Program-made: the position numbers and the translations under genes
The notes under the pieces: model-generated
Database searches by the model: none
What the model was told of the DNA's origin: nothing
Seen by the model: only the letters and a program-made list of their open reading frames with translations
Shown: in pieces, positions 41,899 through 53,954 of the stretch
Numbering within the stretch: the stretch's first letter is position 1
Layout: every line of letters begins with the position of its first letter
From: Vicugna vicugna
Taxonomy: Eukaryota
Direction of reading: 5' to 3'
NCBI GenBank assembly: GCA_013265495.1
Contig: MU058463.1
Coordinates: 1,325,523 to 1,389,522 of the forward strand
DNA: 64,000 bases

Positions 41899-42299
41899 AT
41901 GTAGGAAGTAGAAGCTGATGGTTTTGTACGTAAGGCCTCGGCCCAGAAACCGGTTCAGCGTGCCATCTGCTATTCCTTCACAATGCCGACCGAGATTCAG
42001 GGAGACAGACAGAGGGTCCAGGTCTTGACAGAAAGGGTGTCAAACAATTATAACCATCTTTAGTTCACCACATTCTTCATGAAAATGCTAACATTCATTT
42101 CCTCTTAATTATAATATTAGCTAAAAATGCTGTAGCTGTCTTTTTGCTTTTTACTAGCTTAATGAAATTTTCTTCAGTTCCTGGTTTGATAATATTTAAT
42201 GAATTGATGTTGAACGTTTTTAAATGCTTTTCCCTCATCTACGGAGATGGTCGTCTGGTTTTCTTCTTCCTGATACTAATGTGGTGTATTGCTTAGAAT

Positions 42300-42790
42300 A
42301 TAGATTCAGTAACTGTGAAAGAATCTCAAGTAAGGATGGCTTAAAGCAGAGGAAAGTTTATTCCTTTCTAAGTTAATAGACCAGGCATGAAGAGTGCAAA
42401 TCTGGCAAAGAACCTGTCCCAGACTCCTGCCTGTTTGTGCCTCCAGCCTTATGTTGTTCGTAAGGGTGTTGTATTGATACCAACATTTTTGCAAGCAGAG
42501 GAGGAAAAGGAGGTGAGATCAGGTATGCTTCTTTTTATGTAAGAGAACTGACTAGAAGTCATACACATCACACTGATCTCATATCCCTTGGCCAAAATGT
42601 AGTTCTATGGCAGCAGGCATTTGCAAAGAAGGATAGAAATTAATTTGCTGTTCTAGGAAAACACACACCCTCATTGAAAACAAAAAACAAAAAACATATT
42701 TCTGGGAAGGCATATTTCTAGGCAGAAATTGTATTTATATGGAAGAAGGAAAAAAATAAATACAGGGACAGTAAATAGTCCTGACACATG
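42300..42790 (-). mobile_element. MLT1J-like MaLR LTR
   Basis: tggcttaaagcagaggaaagtttatt...agaagtcatacacatcacactgatctcatatcccttggccaaaatgtagttctatggc. Confidence 0.7.
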
Positions 42791-43473
42791 TGGTGAATTA
42801 TAAGAATCAATTTTCTAACATGAATTCAAGCTTGTATTTTTGGAATAAATGCAGTCAGCTCATGCTGAATCATCACTTTTTAAACAGTGCTAATTTGCTT
42901 TGCTTGATTTTAAGACCTTCTTCCATAGGATGTATTGGTCTGTAACTTCCCTTTCTTATTCTGTCCTGGTCTTAGTATCAAAATTATGCCAATATCAAAA
43001 AAACTAATTTGGGAGTGAAAACTTTTTTTAATCCTTTTTTATGTGTGTTAAAATTATTTCCTTAAACTGTCTCTTTATTGCATTAGGCTGTAGTATCAAC
43101 CTCAAATCACTGCAGTTAAGTTTCCTGCCATACAGGCCTCCTGTATTAACACAACCTGAAGTGAGGGGTGATTGCTTTTCCTCTCCTCCAGGTGCCAGTT
43201 TAAGACAGGTTTTATTTGTTTTTTTTTTGTGGGTTTTGTTTGGTTTTGCCGTCACTTTCTGCTTAGCAGTTTCATTTTCCTTTTATCCTTCTGATGCCTG
43301 TGAAATCCTTTTCTCAGCTTTTTCTATAAAGTCTCTTACTTGGGCCCCCACCCTAGGTTAGACTTTCTCTCCTTATTCTCCTTCCCGTACAACTATCAGA
43401 ACAGAAATTCAAGGTGTCCATGTGTTTCCAGTGCTGATTAAGGGGAAAGCAGCCTTCCTTTGCAGTTTACCTT

Positions 43474-43928
43474 TGTGGAATTGAAAAGCCTCATTTAAAA
43501 TCAGAGATGGGACGAGCTTGTAGGGGTAGCTCTCATGCCCTGCCATCCATTAACAACTGCTCCAAACAAGAAGAGACATAAGCCTGTATCTCCAACAGGA
43601 AGGTTTGGCTCCTCTACTGTCCAGTGGTGGGAAATAGACTTCTCTCCCACTGAGGACAGCCCGACCAGTCAGAGACTGGAACAGCCAATAAAAGGCCTCT
43701 ATACATCAGACTCTTAGCTTCCTCCAGTGAACTCTTTGGCTATCACAGACCCTCTCAATTCTCCCTTTTTCCCAATAAAAGCAACTTCCCCTTCCTTGTT
43801 CTCTGGGTTTGCCTGTGGTTTGCCATAGTTTGCGTATCATGAATTGCAATCCCTTTGGCTACTCTTGAAAAAAAAAAAAAAACCTCGCTTTTGCAGGTAA
43901 AATAACTATTTCATTATTAAAGTGTATA
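43474..43928 (+). mobile_element. ERV1-class solo LTR (455 bp)
   Basis: Starts TG(TGGAATTG) and ends ...AAAGTGTATA (TA in place of the canonical CA). 4-bp TSD CCTT at 43470-43473 and 43929-43932. Internal CCAAT and TATA/AATAAA-like motifs, and gaattgcaatcc...gcaggtaaaataac typical of ERV1 LTR 3' ends. Confidence 0.75.
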
Positions 43929-45679
43929 CCTTGTGGATCTTCTGCGTCTCATTTTTGTTCTCTGTGAGATTCTTCCTGTCTTGCCACCACCGCAAAGCGG
44001 GTATAAACATGTTTATAGTCTTCTACACACACACGCACACTCCAGCTTTCCAGCTGTTCCAAGTAGGAAAGCCAGTCAAGGTCTCAGAGTTGCTTTCCGA
44101 CCAGGAAGAGAAGTGGCAGAGGACACTAGATCATCCCCTCCTCCCTCTCCTTCATTCAAAGTCTCTGTCATTAAATAGGGTCAGTTATCTAACTCTCTTA
44201 TCACACACGTCAATATAATTAAAATCTGTTCATTACTTTTACCAAAATGCACAACAATGAAATGGTAGTTAAGCATCACTTTCCAGGAAATTGCTTTATT
44301 CCTTTTTTAAGTGAATGTGTTGCCTGAAGAATATACCAGGTTACATGACTCAGCTGTTGATAAATCTTTTCCTACTCACCTTTGACTACAGAATGCTGCT
44401 CCTACTCCTTCACCTTACATTCAAAGAATCTCCAAAATGGCCTCAGTTGACCACTTCTATGGTTTTCCGCAAACATTTCCTTCAATTCCTGGTTCTCTGC
44501 GCCTAGCTTGGCTGATGCTAATAGAGCAGTCTCGGTTACTTCATGAAAATTCTCTTCACTTTCTTGACTTGCTGCCTGTGATGCTGAGATACTAGCTACC
44601 TGGACTGGTTTCTGTTCATATATCTAACTATCAAGATCTTACCCTTAATAATGAATTCAGTGATACCTCAGTCACTTTTCAGATCCACTGGCCATGAATA
44701 ATAGTGCCCTCATTCCTATTTCCAAAAAAGTTTTTAAAAACTTTTCAAAATAATTTCATGATTCATGTTATACTCATTGCTCTAGCTGTCTATCCATCTC
44801 CCTAAATCTTCACTTCTGAGAACGAAGACCATGCTTCAGTCACCTTGGAATCACTCTAGGAACCCAATACTTTACTCGTTAATGTATTTGTCAATATACA
44901 TTTATTGTATTCAATTATATTTACCCCTTTATATGTCTTTTAAATCACGGCATGATAAACTTTAGATTCCTAAAGTTGTGCATGTTAAGTATTGGAGATG
45001 TTTTCCGCTAACACTTAAACTTCAAAATAAAGTGAAATAAAAAAATATATTAAATTAAAAATAACATAAAATAAAAAGCATAAACGACACTAACAAAACA
45101 GGGGGATTTTTATGAGTGGAAGGATTTAACCTAAAAAGCAGGAATCTCTGCGGGCCTCTTGGAAATATGCAGCTGTACTGCTGGCTGCCGTCTGAAGTTC
45201 AAGAGATATTTTCTAAGTCTGTTGTTGTTATTAATTTGTGGAGAAGAGGTCTCTGTAGAGGAAAAAAATCCAAGATTTTTTGTTTCCTTTTCCATCACTC
45301 ATAGTCACTGTAATGTCAACACCATTTAGGTCAAATTTCAGGCATTCAAAATGTGCAGCTTCGTCCAGCTGCAAGGACTAAAACTCTGAGCACTGCAGCC
45401 TGACCCGTAAAATATGTCAAAGGGTGTTAGTAACAATTAACAGGTGTGTACCTTCCCCAGAAAACTTTCAGATGACGTGAAATGCATAAAGTAGTGTATG
45501 CGGATCTCATAAGAATTACATTTAAGCAAATACATATGTTTTTATTAGTGGATCTCAAAGAATTGAAATTATTCAGCCACATAAATTAAACCATGTAAAT
45601 CTATGTTACAAAATGGCCCTTCAACCTATATCATTGTCAGTGTGCTTATTGGATGGTTCTGCTGCTCTGGGCTCTGCTG

Positions 45680-45890
45680 CCCAAGAGCCTGGCCCTGAAT
45701 CTCTTCTCTTCCACTACCAGGAGGATTAAAACCTCTTCAAGCTACTTCATTGATCTAATGTTTGGTTTCTTCATATATAATGTGGAAAAATAATACAACT
45801 GATGGATGGCGTTATTGTGAGAATTCAACATGGTAACACAGGTATTAGTTTTAGCCCAAGATGAGCAATCATTAAATGTTAGCAATCCTT
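45680..45890 (+). mobile_element. MIR SINE
   Basis: tggtttcttcatatataatgtggaaaaataataca...gttattgtgagaattcaac...cattaaatgttagc. Confidence 0.6.
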
Positions 45891-45899
45891 TTTTTAAAA

Positions 45900-46500
45900 A
45901 AATTATTTTAAAGGGAGTCAGACCCCTATTCTTCCCCCCTCGAGTCTTCTCATCTGTCTCCGTTTTCACCATGCTCTCTAGCAGCTCATCTATTCACTCC
46001 TCTTCTTGGCTGTGAGCCACACCCTTCCTCTCCACTCTGCCAAAACCCACAAAATTAATCAGGTCAGTAATGCACTTATAACCTGCTCAAGTCTCCCTCC
46101 TCTTTGTTCTTTTGTTATTTCCACTTTACCAATCCCTACATTTCAGTAACCCCTCTTGCCCAATTTCTCTTCCTGTGTTCACAGACTGCAGCAAGTCGCA
46201 AAACAATAGTGACCAAGTCAACTGACCTCGGCTGGGCTCTCATTGTATCTCAGCAATTCTTTTATTTATCACTTGTTGACTCCCTATTGCATTCCTTGCT
46301 GCAGCTGTTCCAAATATTTCCGCTCTGCTCAATTCCCTAATCCCAGCCCTCCTCCCTCCCCTACTTAGTACATAACCTCACCTCCTACTGAGAAAATTGA
46401 AACCATCCCAACCTAAGTTTACACCATTCCCTCCTTTTCTGCTTAAAAAAATCTGTGCATCTCTCGCTCATTCCTTTCATATTGACTTGAGGAAATGGCT
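45900..46500 (+). mobile_element. L2 internal fragment
   Basis: C/T-rich L2-like sequence, including acctcacctcctactgagaaaattgaaaccatc. Confidence 0.55.
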
Positions 46501-46509
46501 TCCTTTGCA

Positions 46510-46740
46510 GGGAAACAGCATGATGTTATGCTGGAGGGCTTTAGGTTTAGAGTCAGATAGACCAAGTTAGCAAATCTGTGTTGACATAGTAAGACATAGA
46601 CAAATGTTTCAATTTCACAGCCTTACTAGCATTGTCTCTAAAATAGAGGTAATAATTTCTACCTCATAGGATAGTAAAGAATAATTAACAGAATTTTGAC
46701 AGATAGTAAATATTTAACAAATTGCAGCCATTATTATTAT
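46510..46740 (+). mobile_element. MIR SINE
   Basis: agggctttaggtttagagtcagatagacc...ctaaaatagaggtaataatttctacctcatagg...atagtaaatatttaacaaatt. Confidence 0.75.
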
Positions 46741-46913
46741 TTGAAAAGCCAAAACTCTTAACCTGAATTCTTGAGTTTATCTATCCTAATAATGATGATG
46801 ATAATGGTGATAAAGGTAAATTATAACCTCCATGCCTTTCCTATTAAGTTAGTTATTCAATTATCTCTTTTCTTTCTTAATGCTTAACTCAGTCCAGGTC
46901 ATTGCTCAGTTCC

Positions 46914-46944
<31 letters not shown>

Positions 46945-46960
46945 GGATACTCTTTTTTTC

Positions 46961-47031
46961 NNNNNNNNNNNNNNNNNNNNNNNNNNNNNNNNNNNNNNNN
47001 NNNNNNNNNNNNNNNNNNNNNNNNNNNNNNN
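46961..47031. other. Assembly gap (71 N)
   Basis: Run of n characters flanked by poly-T tracts. Confidence 0.99.
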
Positions 47032-47554
47032 TTTTTTTTTTTTTTTTTTTTTAAGAAAAATAAAAGGACTGCCTTCTTTTCAAGCTAAAATCCCAATGCC
47101 CCAACTTTTGGCCAGTATCCTTGAGAAAATTGTTACCCTAGCTGCCTTGTCCAAATAATTCTTAAAGCCCATTAATAATAACTTTTTCATCATATTTAAA
47201 CTGTTCCTTAAAAAAACACCATTGAATGTATGCTCATCCACCATCATTAGATTCTTATAGTAGACACATACTTTTTTGTATTCTCTGCAACATTTTTTTC
47301 TCCTTACCAATATGAGTACCTGTGAGTATTTTCAGTTTAATATTCACCTTAAGGTCTTTTTTTTTCCTGCTTTTTAAGCTGCATAATTCTAATGGACTCT
47401 AAATATTTATACTTAAAAGTCCTATCTAAATTTAAATTGAGCATAAAAATATAAATTTATCTTATTTCATGGAACATGGTCTTCTTGAGTTCTTTATTTC
47501 TATTCAATAATTATATCATATTCCAAGCCACCCAAACTTGAAATCGTAAAGATA

Positions 47555-48050
47555 CTTAATCAGCAACAGATATTCATTGATCCCTTGTGACAGATACGGG
47601 TACAGAGCAATGAGCAGAAAAAAATGGTTCCTGAGTTCTTAGAGACTGAGGTCTAATATGAAGGCACATATTGAGCAAATGATACAACTTCCTATGTCTT
47701 TGCACCACTCTCAAATTGCAGTTTCTGAAAGGGAGAGTACAAGATGCAGTGGAAGTTTTATATGCCAATGAGAAACTTTAGTCTGTAGAGCTAGTGAAAA
47801 GGCGTCAGTGGAAGTTACCTGAAGGAATAGTTATGTACAGTTGGGGAAGATGAAGAATACAGGCAGAAGAAAGAGTATGTGTGAATGTCCTAGTATAAGA
47901 ACAAGACTGGGGGCCTGAAAAACTAGTGGAGACCAGCTTAAATGGAAGTAAGCAGAAATATGACCTTAAAGAGTTTCTAAGCCACATTAAACTTTATTCT
48001 AAAAGGCAAGGGAAGTCTTTTGAGACTTTTAAGTGAAAGACTAAGGAGAC
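47555..48050 (-). mobile_element. L2 LINE 3' part
   Basis: tcagcaacagatattcattga...ggttcctgagttcttagagactgaggtcta...tttattctaaaaggcaagggaagtcttttgagactttaag. Confidence 0.7.
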
Positions 48051-48061
48051 TTCCATCTGTA

Positions 48062-48480
48062 TTTTTTGTTTATTTTCTTCTTTTCAACTTTATTGAAATA
48101 TAATTGACATATGACATTATTTAAGTTTAAGGTGTACCATGTGTTGATTCGATACACTGATGTATTTGCAGTATGACTACAACCATAGCATTAGCTAACA
48201 TCTCAATCACATCACATAATTACCATTTATTTTTTGTGGTGAGAATATTTAAGATCTACCCTCCTAGAAATTTTCAGGTTTACAATACAGTACTGTTTAC
48301 TATAATCACCATGCTGTACATTAAATCCCCAGAATGTATTCCTCTTATAACTGGAAGTTTGTACCTTTTGATCAATATCTCACTTTTCCCTTCACTTTCC
48401 AGCCCCTGGTAACCACTATTCTACTCTCTGTTGGTATGAATTTGGCATTTTTGGACTCCCCATTTAAGTAATATTATAGG
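48062..48480 (-). mobile_element. L1MA9-like 3' end
   Basis: tttattgaaatataattgacatatgac...ggtgagaatatttaagatctaccctc...cttataactggaagtttgtaccttttga...cccctggtaaccactattctactctctg. Confidence 0.9.
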
Positions 48481-49174
48481 AAACTGATGGAAGACATGTA
48501 ATAAGACACAATTACTAAATTATGTATTTATGAGTAGAAGAAACTGCCAAAATGCTAAGATAAAGTTAAGAAGAATAAAATTATTACTCATCATGTCATT
48601 AAACTGTGAAGACTAATAAAATACAAATTTAGAATAATATTCAATAATTGTGTTCTTATAAATTCTGCCTTGCATATGTCAAGTGTTCTTTACATATACA
48701 TTGAAAGAAAGAAATTAGTAGTTATCATTTACAAAAATATTACAAATTGATATGAAATATGTGATGTTTGAAAATTTAATAATTGGCTATAATTTGTACT
48801 TTATTGGGAAACAATGTCTCCAGGTCTATTGATGCAATTTGTATGAACATAAATTAGGTGTGTTCATTATATCTGGACTCACCCCAGCGTTCAAATCATT
48901 ATCAGCTCTTCCTCACATTACTTTGGTGACAATGAGTAGGAACTAATTAGGGGGACTGTATTTCATAATATGTCCATATTAACACAGACAGAGAGGAGGT
49001 ATACGGGCTCAATGAAATTTGCTGATAGTGTTGGCTTTTTTTCTGTAAAATGACATCAGCTCTTACTCCTAATGAGTCAAAAGGTAAAGCTGGAAATCAG
49101 ATGACTTGTTGAAATTACTCTCCTTTGTGATGGGCATTAGTCAACTATAAAGTGTTCCCTATTAGAAGGCAGCT

Positions 49175-49320
49175 TTAGTGAGTGACTATTGTGAAAAACA
49201 CATTATCTGTGTCATCAAAACCTGGATTTTAGTCCACTTCTGCCATTTCTTATACATCTGACCTTGTACAACGTCATTACCATTTCTAAGCTTCAACTTC
49301 TTTATCTATAAATGAAGACT
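49175..49320 (+). mobile_element. MIR SINE fragment
   Basis: cctggattttagtccacttctgccattt...tgaccttg...ttctaagcttcaacttctttatctataaaatgaag. Confidence 0.7.
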
Positions 49321-50199
49321 GGTAGACAGTATAAAATTCAGAATTTTATAATTTACCTAATGATACCATGATACTAAGTTTTTCTATCACCAATAGAAGA
49401 AAAAAATAAGTAAACAAGTAAACATCTCTTACAGTTCACGTACTTCAAGGGAGAGAGGGAATAAAATATGTTTACCTTAGTTGAAACCACTCTGGCAGTA
49501 CTCAAGTACACTGAATTCCAGAAATCATAAAAACAAAATGCAAAGCAGTAGATGGTATACACTATGGAAACTGTATTCTCCACAATAGACCTCCTGAAGC
49601 ATTGTGCATTTCTCTAGGACTGTCTCTAATTAGGGCAGAAGCTAGATGTGGTGAAATGAACTGGACAGATCAGATACATCTGTTTAGCCAGATTTCTACA
49701 TTCTGCATTTGGCTTTGTGCTTAGGCAGCACCACACACCAGCTCTCCTTTTCTTCCCAATGAGAGGCTTAATGGAGTGAAGTCATCTATGTGTTGCACTT
49801 GTTCTGTGTTCATTTTTACAAGTCTGCTCTCAAAACTCATAAAAAGTCCAAAATGGTGAATCATGTGGTGACCATCACAAGAGTAAATGAATTACACTGA
49901 CTGGAGGTTACACTTTGACTCACTTGATTTATGTAAACGTACTATTTAATAAAATATTTATTTCACACCTAAGTAAATACAAACTAAACTACAAAGGCAT
50001 GAACATTACTATAGGCAGGAGTGATTTTAATTCTGAACTCCCGGGCTAATAAAATGCTCTTATCTGATTTTGGTAGAGCCTGAAATGGCCTTTAAATTAT
50101 AAATAATAAATGCTTACTACCGAAGATCTTCTCTCTGAATTATTCAAAGCAGTATGTACACACCAACTTATTAAATCTTCATAAAAACCTTGTGATGAC

Positions 50200-50480
50200 A
50201 CGGCCTGCTATGATCAACAACATCTCAACTCCGTCTCTGTCACTGTGAGTAAACTCTAAATCTTCCTATGTCTTTGCACCACTCTAAAATTTCAAAGTCC
50301 CATTGGAAACATATGATTGGCTGAGCCTAAATTATGTGTCTAAAAGTTTCAGGGATTGAAAGAATAAGGATTATCTTCTCCCCACTCACCAAAATCCATC
50401 TAATGAAAGGTTTTCCCCAAATAGAAAGGTATTTTAGAACTAAGTTGGCCACAACAATTACTGATATCTAATATAGCTCA
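50200..50480 (-). mobile_element. Old MLT1-like MaLR LTR fragment
   Basis: tatgattggctgagcctaaattatgtg and ttccccaaatagaaagg resemble antisense MLT1J/K/L. Confidence 0.45.
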
Positions 50481-50829
50481 TCCTTTTGATTACTCAGTAC
50501 TTATATGACCCTTGCCTTGATAATCACTTTATCATAAGGGAAGATTCCCACAGAACAGAATACTTTCAAATTTCAGGCAACTCAAGATATGTTCTCACCC
50601 TCTCAAAAGGGAAGCAACACAGAGTCCAATCACACATTATCTCCAGCTCAAAATACAGGTTCTTTAAGTGATAAACAATCATTCTCTATTTCTGTCATGA
50701 TCCCATATTCTATAATTTATGAACTAAGTTAAGAATATAAGCAGATAAAAAAAGAATATAAGCATGATAAATAAACCCTATTTTTTAATGGAGAAACAGG
50801 CAAAGCAGACTAACTGTAAGGCAAATATG

Positions 50830-51235
50830 GAATATTAAATAAATCATCACATTATGAGTCATCCCCCGCTCTGTAGAACTAAAATTCTGAACTCCAGATT
50901 GGAGGAATGGTCCAGGAGCAAGATTATTGTTCTCATGCAGAGGTGGCATCAGTGCTGGTGGTGATAATAAAAGTACTGCAGTAAAGTTGATTTACTTTTT
51001 TGGCATTTAGTTTTGAGAGAAAGCTCCAGAATGGGTTTCTTGGGGATGAATTTTGCAGCATGGGTCTACATTATTACCATCTACAAGTTTAACCTTAAAT
51101 TTTGTTTTATTTTTGTTTACGCCAATCATCCTAGTGATCCTATTAAATATCTAATATTCTTTAATGAATTCCTTTTTCCTTAAACTGGCCAGCACATTTC
51201 AAGTTTTTTGCAACTACAAAAAATGACCAAAAGAA
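50830..51235 (+). mobile_element. ERVL-class LTR (LTR33/LTR16-like); probable 5' LTR of the provirus remnant
   Basis: 3' end aatgaattcctttttccttaaactggccagc...tttttgcaactacaaaaaatgacc matches LTR16/33-type termini and is followed directly by ERVL-like internal sequence. Confidence 0.55.
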
Positions 51236-51995
51236 TAATGACACTGGAAGTGCTTGCAGGTAGTAGACATTCAATGACAGGAATCTAGGACTGGTCACTC
51301 GATACGCATAGATCTGGACACAGTGAGAATACAGCTACAATTAAAGAATAGGACTCCACCAGTCCCGTACATGCAGAGGCAAAATAGTGCATTTTAGTAT
51401 CTGTGTTCTCCTATGCCCATTGAGTATGAGTCTTGATTAAATGGCAGCTACCATTGAATGAAATGTTGATCATGGAATCCTAGGAGTGTGATAACCCTTT
51501 TCCTAACTGACTTGGGAGACCTAAAGAATGAGAACAAAAAGATCAAAGTCCTAATTCTTCTGGACACTCTTCAATAATAGTTCTTTACTGACTGCAACAG
51601 AAGGACTGAGGAAGTAAAAGGACTTGGCAAATAAAATATTAATAGTATTTACAAACACACTGGCTGACCTGAGGAAAAAGGCAGGGGCATGAGGTAAACT
51701 GAGAATTAGAATAGTCATAGGATTGGGTTAATATAAAATAGATCACTCTGAACCACTAAATCCTAAATCTCAAGCCAACAGAAGTAACTAGTTTGCCCTT
51801 GCCTTGTTTTAAGCTCCTGTAATGACCGTGCCTAAAGCATTTACCTTGTAAGGACAAGGAAATTCTGCTCACATCCCACTTTTACCACTCTCTTTATTAC
51901 CAGACATATAACTAGAATACAACTCCAACCTTTTCCTTGAGAAAAGTGCATATCAAACCCTAGAAGAGATGGTTTATATGCCGAACGTATGCAGA
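51236..51995 (+). mobile_element. Class III ERV (ERVL/ERV3-16-like) internal gag-region remnant
   Basis: tgacactggaagtg...ggaatctaggactggtca... resembles the ERVL internal start; tctgaaccactaaatcct is also ERVL gag-like. Confidence 0.55.
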
Positions 51996-53578
51996 AATGA
52001 GGTTAATTCCCTGTTATTCCTATTTTGATGAGTTTTTTTTAAATCAGGAATATGTGTTTGACATTGTCAAATGCTTTTTCTCTACCAGTTGAGATATTCA
52101 TATGGTGTTACATTTTTTAGTATGTTAATATGGTGAACAATATTACTTGGTTATTGAATGGTAAATCATCCTTGCATTCCTGGGATGAACTTCACTTTAT
52201 ACATTTATGGATTCTCTGTGAAATTTTGTTAGGATTTTTTGTATCTATGTATATGAGGGATGTTAGTCTGCAGTTACTATTTTTGCTGTGTCATTGGTTT
52301 GATCACAGGGTAATTAATTTTGGCCCCCTAAAATGAGTTAGGAAGTGTTCTTTTCGCTACAGTTTCCTGGAGAAGTTTATGTAGAATTGGTATTGCATCC
52401 TCCTTAATGTTTTTGTTTTAAATCCCCAGTAAAGCTATTCAGTTCTGGAGTTTTCTTCTTTGGAATGTTTTAACTACAGACTCAATTTCCTTAATAGATA
52501 TAAGGCTACTCAAGAAATGTATTTCTTCTTTGTTTCTAATTTTTTTTCATTTTATCTTTTTGGTCAAATTTCTTTGCAGAAAGTTGTTTAACATATTCCT
52601 TATTGTGCTTTTAATATTCATGGAATCTCTAGTGATGTCATTTATCTCATTTCTGATATTGGTACTTTTTTTCCGTCTTTTTTTTTTTCTGACTGCTTAA
52701 GCTAGAACAAAGAACTCTGTTGGTTTATTATTTTTTCTCTTTTAAAATTGCTTTCTACTTTATTGATGTATACCCTGATCTTTGTTATTTCCTTTTTTCT
52801 GTTTATGTTAGCTGTCATTTGCTCTGTTTTCTAGACTCTTGTGGAAGCTATGGTGATTAATTTGAGACCGTTTAAAAACATAATACATGCATTTAGTGCT
52901 ACCAATTTTAAGTACTGAAGAAACAAATCCTACAATTTTTGATGTTGTTTTTTTAAAAAAGTTTTGTTCAATTTAAAAAGATTTGAAATATGGTTTATTT
53001 AGAAGTATGTTATATAGTTTCCAAATATCTGAGATTTTCCAGAGATCTTCATGTTAATGATTTCTAATTTTATTTTAATCAGAAAATATACTTTATTTAA
53101 CTTGAATTTTTAAAAACTTATTGAGACTTGTTTTATAGCCCTAGATGTGGATTATCTTATAAATTTCCATTAGAACTGAAAGAGAATGTGCATTTTTTTT
53201 CTTCTTGGATGGAGTATTTTATTTTATCAGTTAAGTTAATCCATTTAATATTGCAGATCAAGTCAATATATGTTTACTGATTTTCTATCTCCTTTTTAAT
53301 TTTTGAGATAAAGGTGCTGAAATCTGTGACTATAATTGCAGATTTTTCTATTTCTCCTTGACATTCTGTCAATTTTAGTTTCATATATATTGAAGCTATA
53401 TTATTAGGTACATAAATATTTAGGTTTGTTACATCATCATTTTATCACTGTGAAATAATGTTCTTTGCTCTGGCATATATTATGTCTATTATTAATATAG
53501 TCACTCCAACTTTTCTTTGATTAATGTTAGCATGGCATACAATTTTTGTCCTTCTACTATTAACATACATGTGTCTTA

Positions 53579-53843
53579 AGGGACCAGTTCACCTGAGAAG
53601 TGAACAGTGGGACTCAATTTTGAAAACATTTTGGGAAAGGGGAAATTGGCTTTCTGTTAGTTGGCAAATGTTCCAGTTGGGGCCCTGTTTTGGCTGGAAT
53701 GTGTTAAGTTGTATGTACACATATATGGACCAGAGTCTCTGCTGAGTTTATGACATTCAGAAAAGATGGTTGATAAAATCTTGATTTTTGTTTATCAATG
53801 AAAGCCCACTGGAATTCCAAAAAAAAAAAAAACAAACCCAAAA
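53579..53843 (+). pseudogene. 5'-truncated processed retrocopy of an mRNA 3' UTR end with poly(A) tail (parent tentatively LRRC59-like, recalled from memory and unverified)
   Basis: ~240 bp of non-L1 sequence interrupts an otherwise continuous L1. AATGAA (likely decayed AATAAA) at 53797-53802, A-rich tail from 53819. Degenerate TSD ...ACATGTGTCTTA (ends 53578) / ...ATGTATGTCTTA (ends 53859). Confidence 0.75.
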
Positions 53844-53954
53844 AACCATGTATGTCTTATAATTTAACACAGTTTTTTTTAGGCACATATAATTGCATCT
53901 TGCTTTTTTAATCCAGTCTTGCAATATCTGCTATTTTTTTAATCCCATTTGCAT

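Larger units (their letters stand above)
38082..42072 (-). mobile_element. MLT1 (MaLR) LTR split in two (~38082-38180 and ~41650-42072)
   Basis: ctgcataacaaagtattttaaagcatggtggcttaaaacaacaa on the left. gtccaaaatggcttcactcacgtctgg...ccatctttagttcaccaca on the right. Confidence 0.8.
37860..43030 (-). mobile_element. Old host L1 (antisense ORF2) in three pieces: ~37860-38080, ~42073-42300, ~42790-43030
   Basis: Colinear antisense L1 motifs: ttgatttttctgtattgatctgtatccagcaa; ttaaatgcttttccctcatctacggagatggtc; tggtgaattata...attggtctgtaacttccctttc. Confidence 0.7.
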
